Positions 49,601 through 57,079 of a stretch of DNA of 64,000 nucleotides are shown one piece after another. Origin of the DNA: an uncultured Chloroflexales bacterium (lineage in GTDB: Bacteria > Chloroflexota > Chloroflexia > Chloroflexales > Chloroflexaceae). The stretch lies in contig CAKZSI010000050.1 of assembly GCA_937918935.1 (NCBI GenBank), positions 2,736 through 66,735 of the forward strand, given 5' to 3'. The notes under the pieces were generated by a model. It had not been told where the DNA came from and made no database searches. It saw nothing but the letters and a program-made list of their open reading frames with translations. The translations under genes and the position numbers were made by a program. How positions within the stretch are numbered: position 1 is the first letter of the stretch; each line of letters begins with the position of its first letter.

Positions 49601-50189
49601 CGGCGCGCATGCGCGGAAGGGGCGCAATGTCAATCATGCGCCGCGAGGCCAGAATGACGTGCAGCGTAGGTGGTGCGGCCCGCAGGAGATAGCCGATCAG
49701 CGCCATGGTGATCGGCCCGTCGCTGATCAGGTGCACGTCGTCGATGATCAAGAAGGTTGGCATGGTCAGGGCCGTCTGCAGTTCGCTGAGCAGCGCGCCG
49801 GCGACCACCGGCCAGTCGCGTTCGAGATCGGCGGCCGAGTGGATCACGCGCCACGACTCTTCACCAACCTCAGGCAAATGGCGTTGGAAGGCGCGCACCA
49901 GGTAGGCCAGCAAAAGCGAAGGGGCCTGATCCTCGGCATCGAGGCTGAGCCAGATCACGTGCGCGCCGGTGCGCTGCAACTCGTCGGCCCATTGGGTCAG
50001 CAATGTGGTTTTGCCATACCCCGCCGGAGCTACCACCAGCGTCACGGGCCGTAGACGCACTTCTGCCAGTAGCGCCTGAAGATCAGGCCGTAGCAGGGTT
50101 TCGCTGCGCGGCACCGGTGGCGCCAGTTTCAGCGGCAGCAATGCCGGCCCCGGTTGTGATGTGGATCGAACGGTGGCTACCTGGCTCAT
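46674..50189 (-). CDS. Giant STAND regulator: MalT-like AAA ATPase, TPR-like helical repeats, HEAT-like repeats, and a C-terminal SARP module (OmpR-type wHTH plus BTAD)
   Basis: Walker A APAGYGKTT and Walker B FLIIDDVH. HEAT-like LLGDLGAAQAY...KDRHPDVRGAAESALERL. wHTH LNVRTLGAFGVWRGD...RQLLQLLLVERGRMLPRDRIMDMLWP. BTAD ...LYGGPFLPDCLYEDWSVVERERL...AYQLLMRAYSVLGERSTALRLYNRCVAALHQELGVEP. Confidence 0.8.
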   Translation of the reverse strand: MSQVATVRSTSQPGPALLPLKLAPPVPRSETLLRPDLQALLAEVRLRPVTLVVAPAGYGKTTLLTQWADELQRTGAHVIWLSLDAEDQAPSLLLAYLVRAFQRHLPEVGEESWRVIHSAADLERDWPVVAGALLSELQTALTMPTFLIIDDVHLISDGPITMALIGYLLRAAPPTLHVILASRRMIDIAPLPRMRAEGALVEVEQGDLSLTREEAAELLARAGVRLPAEELDLLLQRTEGWVLSVQLAARALARLAPEQRRAYLETLDSSERSLFDYLASEVLANLPQDLLEFLSQAALTDQFDAPLIAEALGRPEAEALINRCVQLGLPISLVDTGESSVPSYRFHPLWSRLLRERALHTLDAQALVELHTRYGAAFERRGRLEAAMAHYSAAGDAEAIAGALRRRAWPLIESPQRDSIRAWLESLPVERRERDAELLHMWGWSMAASNPDQALQAISRAAELYRREGNYQRELRALSDVAALIFWEGRPADFANVCVRAVHAANRVRDTWARGAALASTAALLYSRGRYAAALRVAAHATHHPRSVFWQWLLAMIVSSIHTQQGYPEAALTAIGQALEMPQVERDDRLHQNLLLLKALALYQQGQVSEAVFVALDAYRRLSVYEQQSVIGVSAAFLALLLVEQGETEEATTYLSRARSIANASGSASLLTRAQVIEAYLARRGGQDAVATAAALDLMRRSRAVGADPAVATATNRVQTPGDLAPPAQSTHDLWLQLYLLVVLGEGGETERAANLAAELAGEMLARGDGLFLASVQIYRAALEQRLGHSDTSLQALRAGWNLCERHRFGFLPGLPQAVVEQAVASAIEHDLAPVAVGEVLRCQIPRSAPALLLQMLSSHTSPAIRARIAGLLGDLGAAQAYATLRTMLKDRHPDVRGAAESALERLVYRPAYRLNVRTLGAFGVWRGDVEIRDRDWRSIKARQLLQLLLVERGRMLPRDRIMDMLWPGLDNEAAANNLRVTISRLTKAIEPNRPEGAPMYYILQQGDTYGFNVESDHGYDAAEFSKAVEQGRNALQRGQRAEAIAHFRQAISLYGGPFLPDCLYEDWSVVERERLELLFTEASLRLGNLLLEDGNPHEAIGLAWRVLEYDHAQEEAYQLLMRAYSVLGERSTALRLYNRCVAALHQELGVEPLPETVAIYQKIRRNLLAP

Positions 50190-50218
50190 ACACTTCGCTC
50201 CACGGATCAGCCACTACG

Positions 50219-50368
50219 ACGAGGCTTCCTCTCGACGGGCGCCGGGGGCCACAGGCCCCCGCAGGATCCTGCCTTCCGCTGCGGCGCGGTGTTATCCCGC
50301 TGCAGCGGAAGGGACATGTCGGAGGAGGCTTCGCCCCTTCAAGCCTCCTCGACCAGAAGAAGCCTCGT
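50219..50368. other. Highly structured spacer (closing stem plus three internal hairpins) between the Ser/Thr kinase stop and the STAND regulator start
   Basis: ACGAGGCTTC (50219-28) pairs with GAAGCCTCGT (50359-68). Internal hairpins: GGGGGCC-ACA-GGCCCCC (50244-60), CCTTCCGCTGC/GCAGCGGAAGG (50272-82/50302-12), and GAGGAGGCTT/AAGCCTCCTC (50322-31/50341-50). Confidence 0.4.
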
Positions 50369-50370
50369 TC

Positions 50371-52320
50371 CTATCCTGATTTACTATCGTCGTAGCGCTC
50401 GAACCTTCCACTATTGTAAAGCACAAATATACTTGCGCTTCCAACGGATCGGTAAATCGGCGTGTAAATCATAGCGCCCTGCTCAAAGAATTGAATAACG
50501 CCCGGCATTTCACCGTCTAACACGATCTCCGGGCTTGTCCAGGCCCCCAGGGCTTCGCGGACACCGGGCCGGTAGAAATAGACGCGCCCGAAGCCACGCA
50601 CGGGTTGGTTCGGATCGGGGCCGGGCGTTGGCGCAGGCCCCAGGTCGGCCACCGCCGCAGGTGAGAGCGCCTGGTACGCGCCTTGCTCAAGCCCTTCAAA
50701 CACAAAGATGTAATCGCGCCAGCGGGTGCGATTGGTCAAATCCCAGTACAACATCGTCCCGCCCTCGAAGAATTGCACCGATCCCTTTCCGGGGCTTTCC
50801 GCGACTACAGGGCATCCCAGGCCGACGCGGACGTTGACGTTTGCCCTGAACAGCCGCCCGAAACCGCCGGCCAGCAATTCATCGGGGCAACCGGCTACTT
50901 CGGTGGCCGTGGGGGCCGGGGAGGGGCTGACCGTGGGCGTCTCGGTGGGGCCGGGGGTTGGAGAGGGGCTGGGCGTGGCTGTGGGCGCCTCGGTGGGGCC
51001 GGGGGTTGGAGAGGGGCTGGACGTGGCCGTGGGCGCCTCGGTGGGTGTGACCTCCGGTGTAGCTGTGGGCGCGGGGCTGGCCGTCGGCGTCGGGGTCGCG
51101 CTCACCGTCGCCGTGGGCTCAACGACCGTGGGCAGGGTTGCCGTGGGCGGCTCATTGGTGGGAGCGGGCGTCTCGGTGGGGGTCGCGCTGGGAAGCGGGG
51201 GGACGGTGGTAGAAGGTGGCGGCGGGGGAGGCGTCACACCTCCCCCGGAGCCGTGTCCTGCCACGATCCAGCCCAGCGTCAGCGCCAGCCCGCCCAGTGC
51301 CAGCGCCGCAGCCACCACTGCGAGCCACGGGACGGAGCGCATACTGCGCCCCAGTGGCGCCCCCGGTCCTGGCGGCGCCGTGGTCGTGGCGCCCGGCGCC
51401 GAAGAAGCCAGGAACGGCGTCTGGCCCACAGGCGCAGCGCCGGCCAGCGCCAGGGTGGGGGTGGGGCCGGGCAGAGTCGCCTCGCTGGCGCCCTGGGCCA
51501 CCAGCCGCAGATCACGCACAAAGGCCCCGGCGCTCTGGTAACGATCGTTGGGGTCACGTGCGGTTGCTCGGGCAAGGACCGCATCGAGACCGGGGGGCAG
51601 GGCCGGATTGAGCTGCGAAGGCGGGGTCAGTTGCCCGTAGAGGTGGCCGAGGAGCACGTCCTGGGCGTTCCCCTCGAACGCCCGGCGACCGGTCAGCGCG
51701 CGGTAGACGAGCATGCCCAGAGCGTACACGTCGCTCGGCGGGCCGACCGGGCCTCCGGCGATCTGTTCGGGGGCCATGTAGTCGGGCGTGCCGATCAGGG
51801 CGCCCGTTGTTGTCAGCCCGGGTGCAGCGAGTTGCTTGGCGATCCCGAAATCGGTCAACAGCACTCCTGGCCCCTCGGCGGCATCGTTGAGAAAGATATT
51901 GCCCGGCTTGACGTCCCGATGGATCACCCCTCGCGCATGGGCATAATCGAGCGCCTCCGCCACCGGCCCCAATACGTCCAGCAGTGCATTCAGGCTCATT
52001 GTGCCGCTTTCCTGGAGCCGGTCCTGCAGGGTCCGGCCGGTTAGCAACTGCATGGCGATGAAGACCATGCCCTCTTGTTCACCCACGTCGTAGACTGCTA
52101 CGATGTGCGGATGGGCCAGCGAGGCGGCCGTGACGGCCTCGCGTTTGAAACGCTCCACCACGGCGGGGTCATCGCTATAGTGCGGATAGAGGATCTTCAG
52201 CGCCACGTCACGCTGCAGCACGGTGTCGGCAGCGCGATAGACCGCGGCCATTCCGCCCCGGCCGAGCAACTCCTTGATATAATAGCGACCGAGACGCTGA
52301 TGGATGAGGGAACGTACCAT
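50371..52320 (-). CDS. Transmembrane Ser/Thr protein kinase with a Pro/Thr-rich stalk and extracellular LGFP-like repeats
   Basis: Hanks motifs GRGGMAAVY, VALKIL, HRDVKPGNIF, DFGIA, and GTPDYMAPE. One TM (WLAVVAALALGGLALTLGWIV). The C-terminus carries two G..QFFE.G.M.Y repeats. Confidence 0.9.
   Translation of the reverse strand: MVRSLIHQRLGRYYIKELLGRGGMAAVYRAADTVLQRDVALKILYPHYSDDPAVVERFKREAVTAASLAHPHIVAVYDVGEQEGMVFIAMQLLTGRTLQDRLQESGTMSLNALLDVLGPVAEALDYAHARGVIHRDVKPGNIFLNDAAEGPGVLLTDFGIAKQLAAPGLTTTGALIGTPDYMAPEQIAGGPVGPPSDVYALGMLVYRALTGRRAFEGNAQDVLLGHLYGQLTPPSQLNPALPPGLDAVLARATARDPNDRYQSAGAFVRDLRLVAQGASEATLPGPTPTLALAGAAPVGQTPFLASSAPGATTTAPPGPGAPLGRSMRSVPWLAVVAAALALGGLALTLGWIVAGHGSGGGVTPPPPPPSTTVPPLPSATPTETPAPTNEPPTATLPTVVEPTATVSATPTPTASPAPTATPEVTPTEAPTATSSPSPTPGPTEAPTATPSPSPTPGPTETPTVSPSPAPTATEVAGCPDELLAGGFGRLFRANVNVRVGLGCPVVAESPGKGSVQFFEGGTMLYWDLTNRTRWRDYIFVFEGLEQGAYQALSPAAVADLGPAPTPGPDPNQPVRGFGRVYFYRPGVREALGAWTSPEIVLDGEMPGVIQFFEQGAMIYTPIYRSVGSASIFVLYNSGRFERYDDSKSG
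50941..51046. repeat. 48-bp in-frame tandem repeat inside the kinase stalk (16-aa unit TEAPTATxSPSPTPGP)
   Basis: CTCGGTGGGGCCGGGGGTTGGAGAGGGGCTGG restarts at 50941 and 50989, with a diverged third start at 51037. Confidence 0.8.
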
Positions 52321-52464
52321 GGGTGGTGTGCGACCTGCCGATCCGGGCGCATTAGAGCTATTGTAACATACGCTTTGCCCTGGGCAAGTTATGTCATGCG
52401 TCCAGGTAATAAGAAATGTTTCTGGGAGGCCCAGGCCCTTCTCGACCCTCCCCTCAGACGGCGG

Positions 52465-52489
52465 TGTGGGGTAACCCGGTTGCCTGTGT
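52465..52489. repeat. Degenerate REP-like copy
   Basis: GTGTGGGGTAACCCGGTTGCCTGTG. Confidence 0.5.
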
Positions 52490-52505
52490 AACGATAAAAT
52501 TAGTC

Positions 52506-53429
52506 ATGAATCAAACGTTACGCACCCGGCTTCTTGCGGCGGGGCCGCCCCTGCACCACCTGGCCGGGGGACGCATCGGCCCGGCGCTGCCGGTTGCACT
52601 CACCGCCGGGCTACGCCTCACGCGGGCCGAGCGTGATCGGCTGGTCATTTTCGATCCGCAAGTGGCGCCGCTGATCCGCCCGCTGAGCGACGCGGAGGAC
52701 CTGGCGCCCTGGCACGTCGGCGCTACGGGGCGCTGGATCGTTGCCGTGCCGGCATCCCGGGCCGCCGATCTCCCGGCGCGTCACCCGCACCTCGCTCGGC
52801 ATCTGGCGAGTCTGCCCATGCCGCCCGGCCACACACCAGTCCAACCCTGGTGGGCGCTGCCGGCAGACTGGGAGCGCCTGCCCGAAGCGCCGCGGATCAT
52901 CATTAGCGGCGCGGTAGTGGCCTGGGACGAAGCCACCGGTCTGGTCGGCGGGGCGGCGACGGTGATTGCGGCGGCCGATCCGTACTGGCTCGCGGTGCTG
53001 GCCTCCGCCGTGGGGCGCACGCTGCTGGCCACGGGTGTCGCGGTGGAGGACATGCCCATTCCTGACGCACCGGGTCCGGCGCGGGCCAACCTGGCGGGCC
53101 TGGCGTTGAGCGCGGCCACGCTCGCGGCCCGGCGGGATGAGCTAGAGCGTGCCGTCACGCGACGCCTCGTCGCCGACTTCGGGCCGCCCGGGGTCCAGCC
53201 GGGGCCGCGGTTGCGCCGGTGGTGGGAACTCAGCTTCACTGAGTTGCGCGCGGCGGTGAACGAGGAACTCCGCAACGACATCCCCGAGCGTTACCGCCCC
53301 ACCTGGGCCGAGATCCACGCCGATGAGCAAGCTACCCACGCCGACGCCTCCGCCCGTCTGGCTGACCTGGAACGAGCCATTGATACGCAGGTGGCGGCGC
53401 TCTGTGGGGTGGAGTTGAGCGATCTGTGA
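52506..53429 (+). CDS. Stand-alone TaqI-like C-terminal specificity (target-recognition) domain protein with no methyltransferase domain
   Basis: The layout matches the C-terminal half of type IIG/Eco57I/PglX-like enzymes: PLSDAEDLAPWHV, HPHLARHL, PWWALP, APRIIISGAVVAWDEATGLV, DPYWLAVLASAVGRTLL, MPIPD, and the tail WWELSFTELRAAV...RLADLERAIDTQVAALCGVELSDL. ATG at 52506. Confidence 0.5.
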   Translation: MNQTLRTRLLAAGPPLHHLAGGRIGPALPVALTAGLRLTRAERDRLVIFDPQVAPLIRPLSDAEDLAPWHVGATGRWIVAVPASRAADLPARHPHLARHLASLPMPPGHTPVQPWWALPADWERLPEAPRIIISGAVVAWDEATGLVGGAATVIAAADPYWLAVLASAVGRTLLATGVAVEDMPIPDAPGPARANLAGLALSAATLAARRDELERAVTRRLVADFGPPGVQPGPRLRRWWELSFTELRAAVNEELRNDIPERYRPTWAEIHADEQATHADASARLADLERAIDTQVAALCGVELSDL

Positions 53430-53646
53430 ACATGGGGTTGTGGTCTTCACCGATCCCCCGGTCCCCTCCCGCTCCACCGCAGGCGGAGCGGGAGGGGACG
53501 CCAGGCGCAGCGAGACGGGGTGAGGGTGAAGACTGCGCCCGCCAGGACCGGTTTCCATCTGCGTGCCGTCATGGCGTCCATTCCCCTCAGGATCCTGTCA
53601 GCGCCACGCCAGACGACCCGTGCTATACTTGGGCCGTTTTAATCCG

Positions 53647-53756
53647 GTGGGGAAGCCAGGTTTCTCCACGCCCCTGCCTGAGGGGAGGGTGCGGGAGAGC
53701 CAGTCCCTCGGTTATGCAGGGCGCCGGCAGGAGGGTGCGGGAGGGCCAGGCCCTCC
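53647..53756. repeat. REP-like copy followed by a duplicated G-rich sub-element
   Basis: GTGGGGAAGCCAGGTTTCTCCAC. Then GGAGGGTGCGGGAG(A/G)GCCAG(T/GC)CCCTC occurs at 53684 and again at 53730. Confidence 0.8.
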
Positions 53757-53816
53757 CGAAACAAAACTGTCCACCATAACCAGGGCGGTGAACCACCAGG
53801 TCGGCAATAGGGAAGC

Positions 53817-56800
53817 ATGTTCAGAGAACGCAAGATCAGACGTACCTACGGCGGCCACCCGGTTCCGCGGCGGCCTGCCTATCCCCGGCTCCTCGGGCGC
53901 CGTCCGGCCCCTGCAACCAGGGCAACCGGCATCGCCGCGAAATTCTTTCTCATCCTGCTTATTGGCACACTGGCAGTGATCGTGGGCGTCGTGGGCGTGG
54001 CCTCCTCGGCCTATGCGAGTACCGCGGCGAGCCTCAAACCCCGGCTCGAGGCCCTGGAGAACCGCCAGTTGTTCCAGTCGTCGCGGATCTACGATCGCAA
54101 CGGCGTGCTGCTCTACGAGTTCTTCGACGCCGGCAAACGCACCAAGGTCTCGATTGACGAGATCTCACCGCTGCTGATCCAGGCGACCATTGCGATCGAG
54201 GATAAGACCTTCTACTCTAACCCCGGCATCGATTTCCGCGGCATCGTTCGCACCCTGATCAGCAGCCTGCAGGCGGGCGAAGAGATCGGCGGAGCCTCGA
54301 CCATCACCCAGCAGGTGATCAAGAACAGTGTGCTCACTGCTGAAGAGCGCGCTCCCGAGCGGCGCTATGAGCGCAAGCTCAAAGAGATCATCCTGGCTCA
54401 GGAGCTTGACAAGCTCTACACCAAGGATCAGATCCTCGAATTATACCTGAACGAGAACTTCTACGGCAATCTGGCCTACGGCATCGAGGCCGCCAGCGAG
54501 GTCTACTTCGGGGTGCGCGCGCGTGACCTCAACCTGAACCAGGCCTCGCTCCTGGCCGGGTTGCCGCAGTTGCCAAGCGTGTACAACCCGATCAACTACC
54601 TGGAGCGCGATGCGCAGGGCGGCTATCTCCCGGGCGTGGCGGTGGGCCGCGGCTGGCTCGACGCCGAATACACGCTCCCGAACGATGCGCCCGCGCCCCG
54701 GCGGCGGCAGGTGGCCGTGCTGCGGCGCATGGTCGAAGATGGCTACGTGAGCGAGGCCGAGGCCCGTGCGGCCCTGGCCGAGCCGCTGCGCTTCGCGCCG
54801 CAAGAGGTTCCGCTGAACGCGCCCCACTTTGTCTTCTATGTGCGCGATCTGCTGCAGGAACGTTACGGCCAGGAAACGCTCTTCGGCGGAGGGCTGCGTA
54901 TCACTACCACCCTTGATCTGAATCTGCAACGGATGGTGCAGCAAAAGGCCTACGAACGCATCAGCGAACTCCAGGCGCGCAACATTCACAACGCTGCCGT
55001 GGTGGTGATGCAACCCAACACGGGCCAGATTCTGGCCATGGTCGGCAGCGTTGATTACAACGCCGTTGAACCAACCTCCTCCCCGGGAGAAACCGGCAAT
55101 GTCCTCGATGGGCAGGTGAACGTGACTACGCGCGAACGGCAACCTGGTTCGGCGCTGAAGCCCTTCACCTACCTGGCGGCCATGGAGCGCGGCATGACCC
55201 CCGAAACGGTGATCTGGGACGTGCCGACCGAGTTTCCCACCGGCAACGCTGGCTTTGACGAGTGGTACGCGCCGCAGAATTACAATGGCCGCTTCAACGG
55301 TCCGGTGCGCATTCGCACCGCTCTGGCCAATTCGTTGAACATCCCCGCGGTCAAGGCCCTCAAGTTCGCTGGTGTGCAGGAGACGCTGAACCTCCTCGAC
55401 CGCGTGGGCATCAAGTCTGGTCTGAAGCGCGGCAGGGACTTTTACGGGCTGTCGTTGACCCTGGGCGGCGGCGAGGTTACGCCGCTGGAACTCACCACGG
55501 CCTACAATACCCTCGCCAGCGGCGGGCGCTACTATCCACCGGTGGCCGTGCTCCAGATCACCGATGGCGAGGGACGGGCGCTCGACGAGTTCACCCCCCG
55601 CCGGGGCGAACAGGTGGTTGATCCCGGCCTGGTGGCGATCATCAGCGACATATTGAGCGATGACCGGGCGCGGCAAGCCATCTGGGGCCTGAACAGCCCG
55701 CTCAAGCTCTCGCTGCCCGCCGCGGTGAAGACCGGCACCACCAATGACTGGCGCGATGCCTGGGCCGCTGGCTATACGCCCTTCGTGACGGTCGGCGTCT
55801 GGACCGGGAACAACAACAATGAGCCGACGGCCAGGGTCGAAAGCCTCACCGGAGGCGGCATCATCTGGCGCAACGTGATGGAGGAGATTTTTGCCTGGAT
55901 CAGAGACGATCCGCGCTACCGGGCCTTGTTTGCCGCTCCGTTTCCCGACAGTGTGATCCCGACCGAGTTCCGTCTGCCCGAGGACGGCAGCGTACAGCGC
56001 CGCCCGATCTGCGCTTTGCCTGGCCCCTACGGCGGCTACAGCGAGGAATTGTTCACCCGCTCCATGCTCACGGCGATGATCACCCCCACGCCGGAGAGCG
56101 TGTTCGGGGCTCCGATCGCGCCCACAGTTCTCCCGCGCACTACTCCCGATGCGAATCAGTTCCTTGCTGACGTGAAGGTGACCTGTAATGCCTTTCAGCG
56201 CGTCACGGTGGTGCGCATTCCTGACCCGGACGAGTGGAGCCGTGATGGCCAGTTCGTCGGGCGCGGCGCGACGTCACCCGAAGGCGCCCAGGAGGGAGAG
56301 GCGACTACCTCCGGCGAGCGCTTCTGTCGCCCGGTGGACGGTGTGAGCTACCCTCCCGAACTGGCGCGCACGCTGGTTATCTGGAAGTTGCCCGAACCCG
56401 ATCCGGATATGCGCGAGCGTTTCACCTGGCAGGGGGGCAGTGTGTCGGCGCTGCGTGTCGAGACATTGCCCGCGTGCGAACCGGCGATGTTTGCGCCGCC
56501 CGTGCCTGTGCCGCCCGTGGCTGGAGCGATTATGATGCCCGACCTCAAGCGCCTCGGCGAGAACCAGGCCCGCGGATTGCTCACCGCGCTTGGTGTTGAT
56601 CCGGGCAGCATCTATATTGACTACCAGACGCGCTCCAGGATCCCCGACGTTTTTGATCAGTTTGCGCCCTATGCAGTAGTAAGCACGCTGCCGGCTGCCG
56701 GAAACTGGATCATTCCCGGCACAGCGGTAATACTCGGCGTGCGCGCCCCCGAGTCGCCAGAAGAACCGCCCCCTGGCGTCCAACCAGCGCCCCCCGAAGC

Positions 56801-56963
56801 GCCCACGCCGCAGCCAACCGCGCCCGTGCCCCAGCCGACGGCGTCCCCCCCGCAACCAACCGAAGAGTCAGCGCCGCAGTTCCCCACCCCTGCCCAGCCA
56901 CAACCAGAATTGCCGCTCCCGCCTACCCTGCCCCAACCCATACCGCCGGGCAACAATCCGTAA
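53817..56963 (+). CDS. Class A penicillin-binding protein (glycosyltransferase plus transpeptidase) with a PASTA-like domain and a Pro-rich tail
   Basis: GT51 motifs IAIEDKTFYSNPGIDFRG and GASTITQQVIKN. TP motifs GSALKP and KTGTTND. The C-terminus is a PQPT-rich low-complexity tail. Confidence 0.9.
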   Translation: MFRERKIRRTYGGHPVPRRPAYPRLLGRRPAPATRATGIAAKFFLILLIGTLAVIVGVVGVASSAYASTAASLKPRLEALENRQLFQSSRIYDRNGVLLYEFFDAGKRTKVSIDEISPLLIQATIAIEDKTFYSNPGIDFRGIVRTLISSLQAGEEIGGASTITQQVIKNSVLTAEERAPERRYERKLKEIILAQELDKLYTKDQILELYLNENFYGNLAYGIEAASEVYFGVRARDLNLNQASLLAGLPQLPSVYNPINYLERDAQGGYLPGVAVGRGWLDAEYTLPNDAPAPRRRQVAVLRRMVEDGYVSEAEARAALAEPLRFAPQEVPLNAPHFVFYVRDLLQERYGQETLFGGGLRITTTLDLNLQRMVQQKAYERISELQARNIHNAAVVVMQPNTGQILAMVGSVDYNAVEPTSSPGETGNVLDGQVNVTTRERQPGSALKPFTYLAAMERGMTPETVIWDVPTEFPTGNAGFDEWYAPQNYNGRFNGPVRIRTALANSLNIPAVKALKFAGVQETLNLLDRVGIKSGLKRGRDFYGLSLTLGGGEVTPLELTTAYNTLASGGRYYPPVAVLQITDGEGRALDEFTPRRGEQVVDPGLVAIISDILSDDRARQAIWGLNSPLKLSLPAAVKTGTTNDWRDAWAAGYTPFVTVGVWTGNNNNEPTARVESLTGGGIIWRNVMEEIFAWIRDDPRYRALFAAPFPDSVIPTEFRLPEDGSVQRRPICALPGPYGGYSEELFTRSMLTAMITPTPESVFGAPIAPTVLPRTTPDANQFLADVKVTCNAFQRVTVVRIPDPDEWSRDGQFVGRGATSPEGAQEGEATTSGERFCRPVDGVSYPPELARTLVIWKLPEPDPDMRERFTWQGGSVSALRVETLPACEPAMFAPPVPVPPVAGAIMMPDLKRLGENQARGLLTALGVDPGSIYIDYQTRSRIPDVFDQFAPYAVVSTLPAAGNWIIPGTAVILGVRAPESPEEPPPGVQPAPPEAPTPQPTAPVPQPTASPPQPTEESAPQFPTPAQPQPELPLPPTLPQPIPPGNNP

Positions 56964-56966
56964 CCC

Positions 56967-57029
56967 GGGGAAACCAGGTTTTCGTATATCCCCGCTGCCG
57001 CGGAGGTTCTGGGAGAGTGAAGCCCTCCC
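56967..57029. repeat. REP-like composite copy (PBP / phoU convergent spacer)
   Basis: GGGGAAACCAGGTTTTCG ... GCTGCCGCGGAGGTTCTGGGAGAGTGAAGCCCTCCC. Confidence 0.7.
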
Positions 57030-57079
57030 AGAAACCCTCTTCTCCGAGCAGGGCGGGTAACGAGACCTGCCGGATGTTC

